NCBI RefSeq assembly: GCF_009914755.1
Contig: NC_060942.1
Direction: 5' to 3' (one strand)
Source of the DNA: the human T2T-CHM13v2.0 reference genome, Homo sapiens
Length of the DNA stretch: 64,000 nt
Position 1 is the stretch's first letter. Each line of letters opens with the position of its first letter. The notes under the pieces were generated by a model. The model had not been told where the DNA came from. It saw nothing but the letters and a program-made list of their open reading frames with translations, and did not search any database. The position numbers were made by a program, and so were the translations under genes. Below, one piece after another: positions 62,811 to 64,000 of the stretch.

Positions 62811-64000
62811 AATTTTGAAGCTGCCAAAAAATCTTTTTGCATTTTTAGAAGCCCAAATTGCTTGTTTATTGCTGAGTTTGCCAAAGCATGTTTGGCAGAA
62901 TACTAATGGTATTAGTAATGGTGTCGTCAGATGCTTCATAAAAAACAATTCTAGGATTAAAAACAAATGCAAAACCAAAAATCAAGCAATACCTAAAAGC
63001 TTTGAGTATGCCTGAAACCTACAACCTCTCTTGGAGATATAGAGGATATATGATCAGCCTGTTAAGATTTAGAGACATACTGTAGTAAAGAGACCAAATT
63101 AATTCAGTGTCTCAGCTTTTTGACCACAGAAATCTCCTCTCCTCTGCACCACAAACAGGTCTCTGCATGTGGGGAGCCAAACTCTAGAGAAGACATCAGT
63201 GAACTGCTGATTTGGAGTGACTGACACTTATTCCTGAGAGTAGGTGATTCTTCAGTATCCAAAGAAATGTATCAAGTTTGTATTAGATGGAATATAGCTT
63301 ACTTTGTTGCTGAAACATTTTTTAGCACTGACTATACTTGCAAATGTAAGGCATAGTACATGAACATGGCATTAAATTTATGAATAAGAAAATATGCTAT
63401 TCAAATAGAATTTGTTGTATTTTATGTGCTGAGAATTGTATCATATTATTATGATATTATGAATTATATCTTATTTTCTCCTGTGCTCATTTCTGAAGAA
63501 GTAGGGTAAGGTTTTTAATAAAATATATTGATGGCTTTCATGTAATTATAGAAGTAAGGCAATTAGAGATAGGGACACTTCAATAGGAAAATTTAAAACT
63601 ACCTAGAATCACGTTATTGTTGTTTGGGAGCCTGCTTTTCTAGTTAATCAAAATTTTTGATCACATTCCTAAGTTGTTGATGGATACATGATCCAGTGTC
63701 CTTTGTATGCATTTACCATAATGAATACAATCTAGTGTTTCATATCTAGGCTTCTTATTTTTTCTTTTACAAACAAAACTACAGTGAAGTGCCCTAAAAC
63801 TAAGTCTTTGATCAAATTTTTGCTTTTCACCTCAGGATAAATATTGAGGTGGTGCCTCCATTTATGTGTATTTAAAAATCTTGACAACTTTTTCTTGTTC
63901 TCTTTATTTTCATATTTACATCTTTATGTGTTGATATTAATTATAGTAATATCAAAACAGCAATGTAACTTTTTGGTGTGTTTAGAAAAGTTTTTAGAAT

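Overview
Primate, almost certainly human, genomic DNA. The window opens in the last intron of GALR1 (galanin receptor 1; human 18q23 by established knowledge). It contains the terminal coding exon (1536-1853, TM6-TM7 and C-tail, Asn334 allele) and its 3' UTR, followed by about 50 kb of gene-poor, transposon-dense sequence: Alus, L1PA/L1M LINEs, L2/MIR, THE1/MST/MLT2 LTRs, a MER61-like ERV1 provirus remnant, MER85/MER58/MER5 DNA transposons and microsatellites. No other credible protein-coding gene is visible, and I cannot support a new protein-based system. The most unusual features are structural. (1) A 550/544-bp inverted repeat brackets 1.84 kb of ERV sequence, and its inner ~365 bp are identical, as expected of a recombination-homogenised invertible cassette. 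(2) Two L1s of different age, 41 kb apart, share non-consensus substitutions, suggesting ectopic gene conversion. (3) A nested MST LTR array contains a chimeric unit. (4) A MER85 piggyBac MITE has a TCAA rather than TTAA target duplication. Repeat subfamily names come from memory of consensus sequences and need RepeatMasker/Dfam confirmation.
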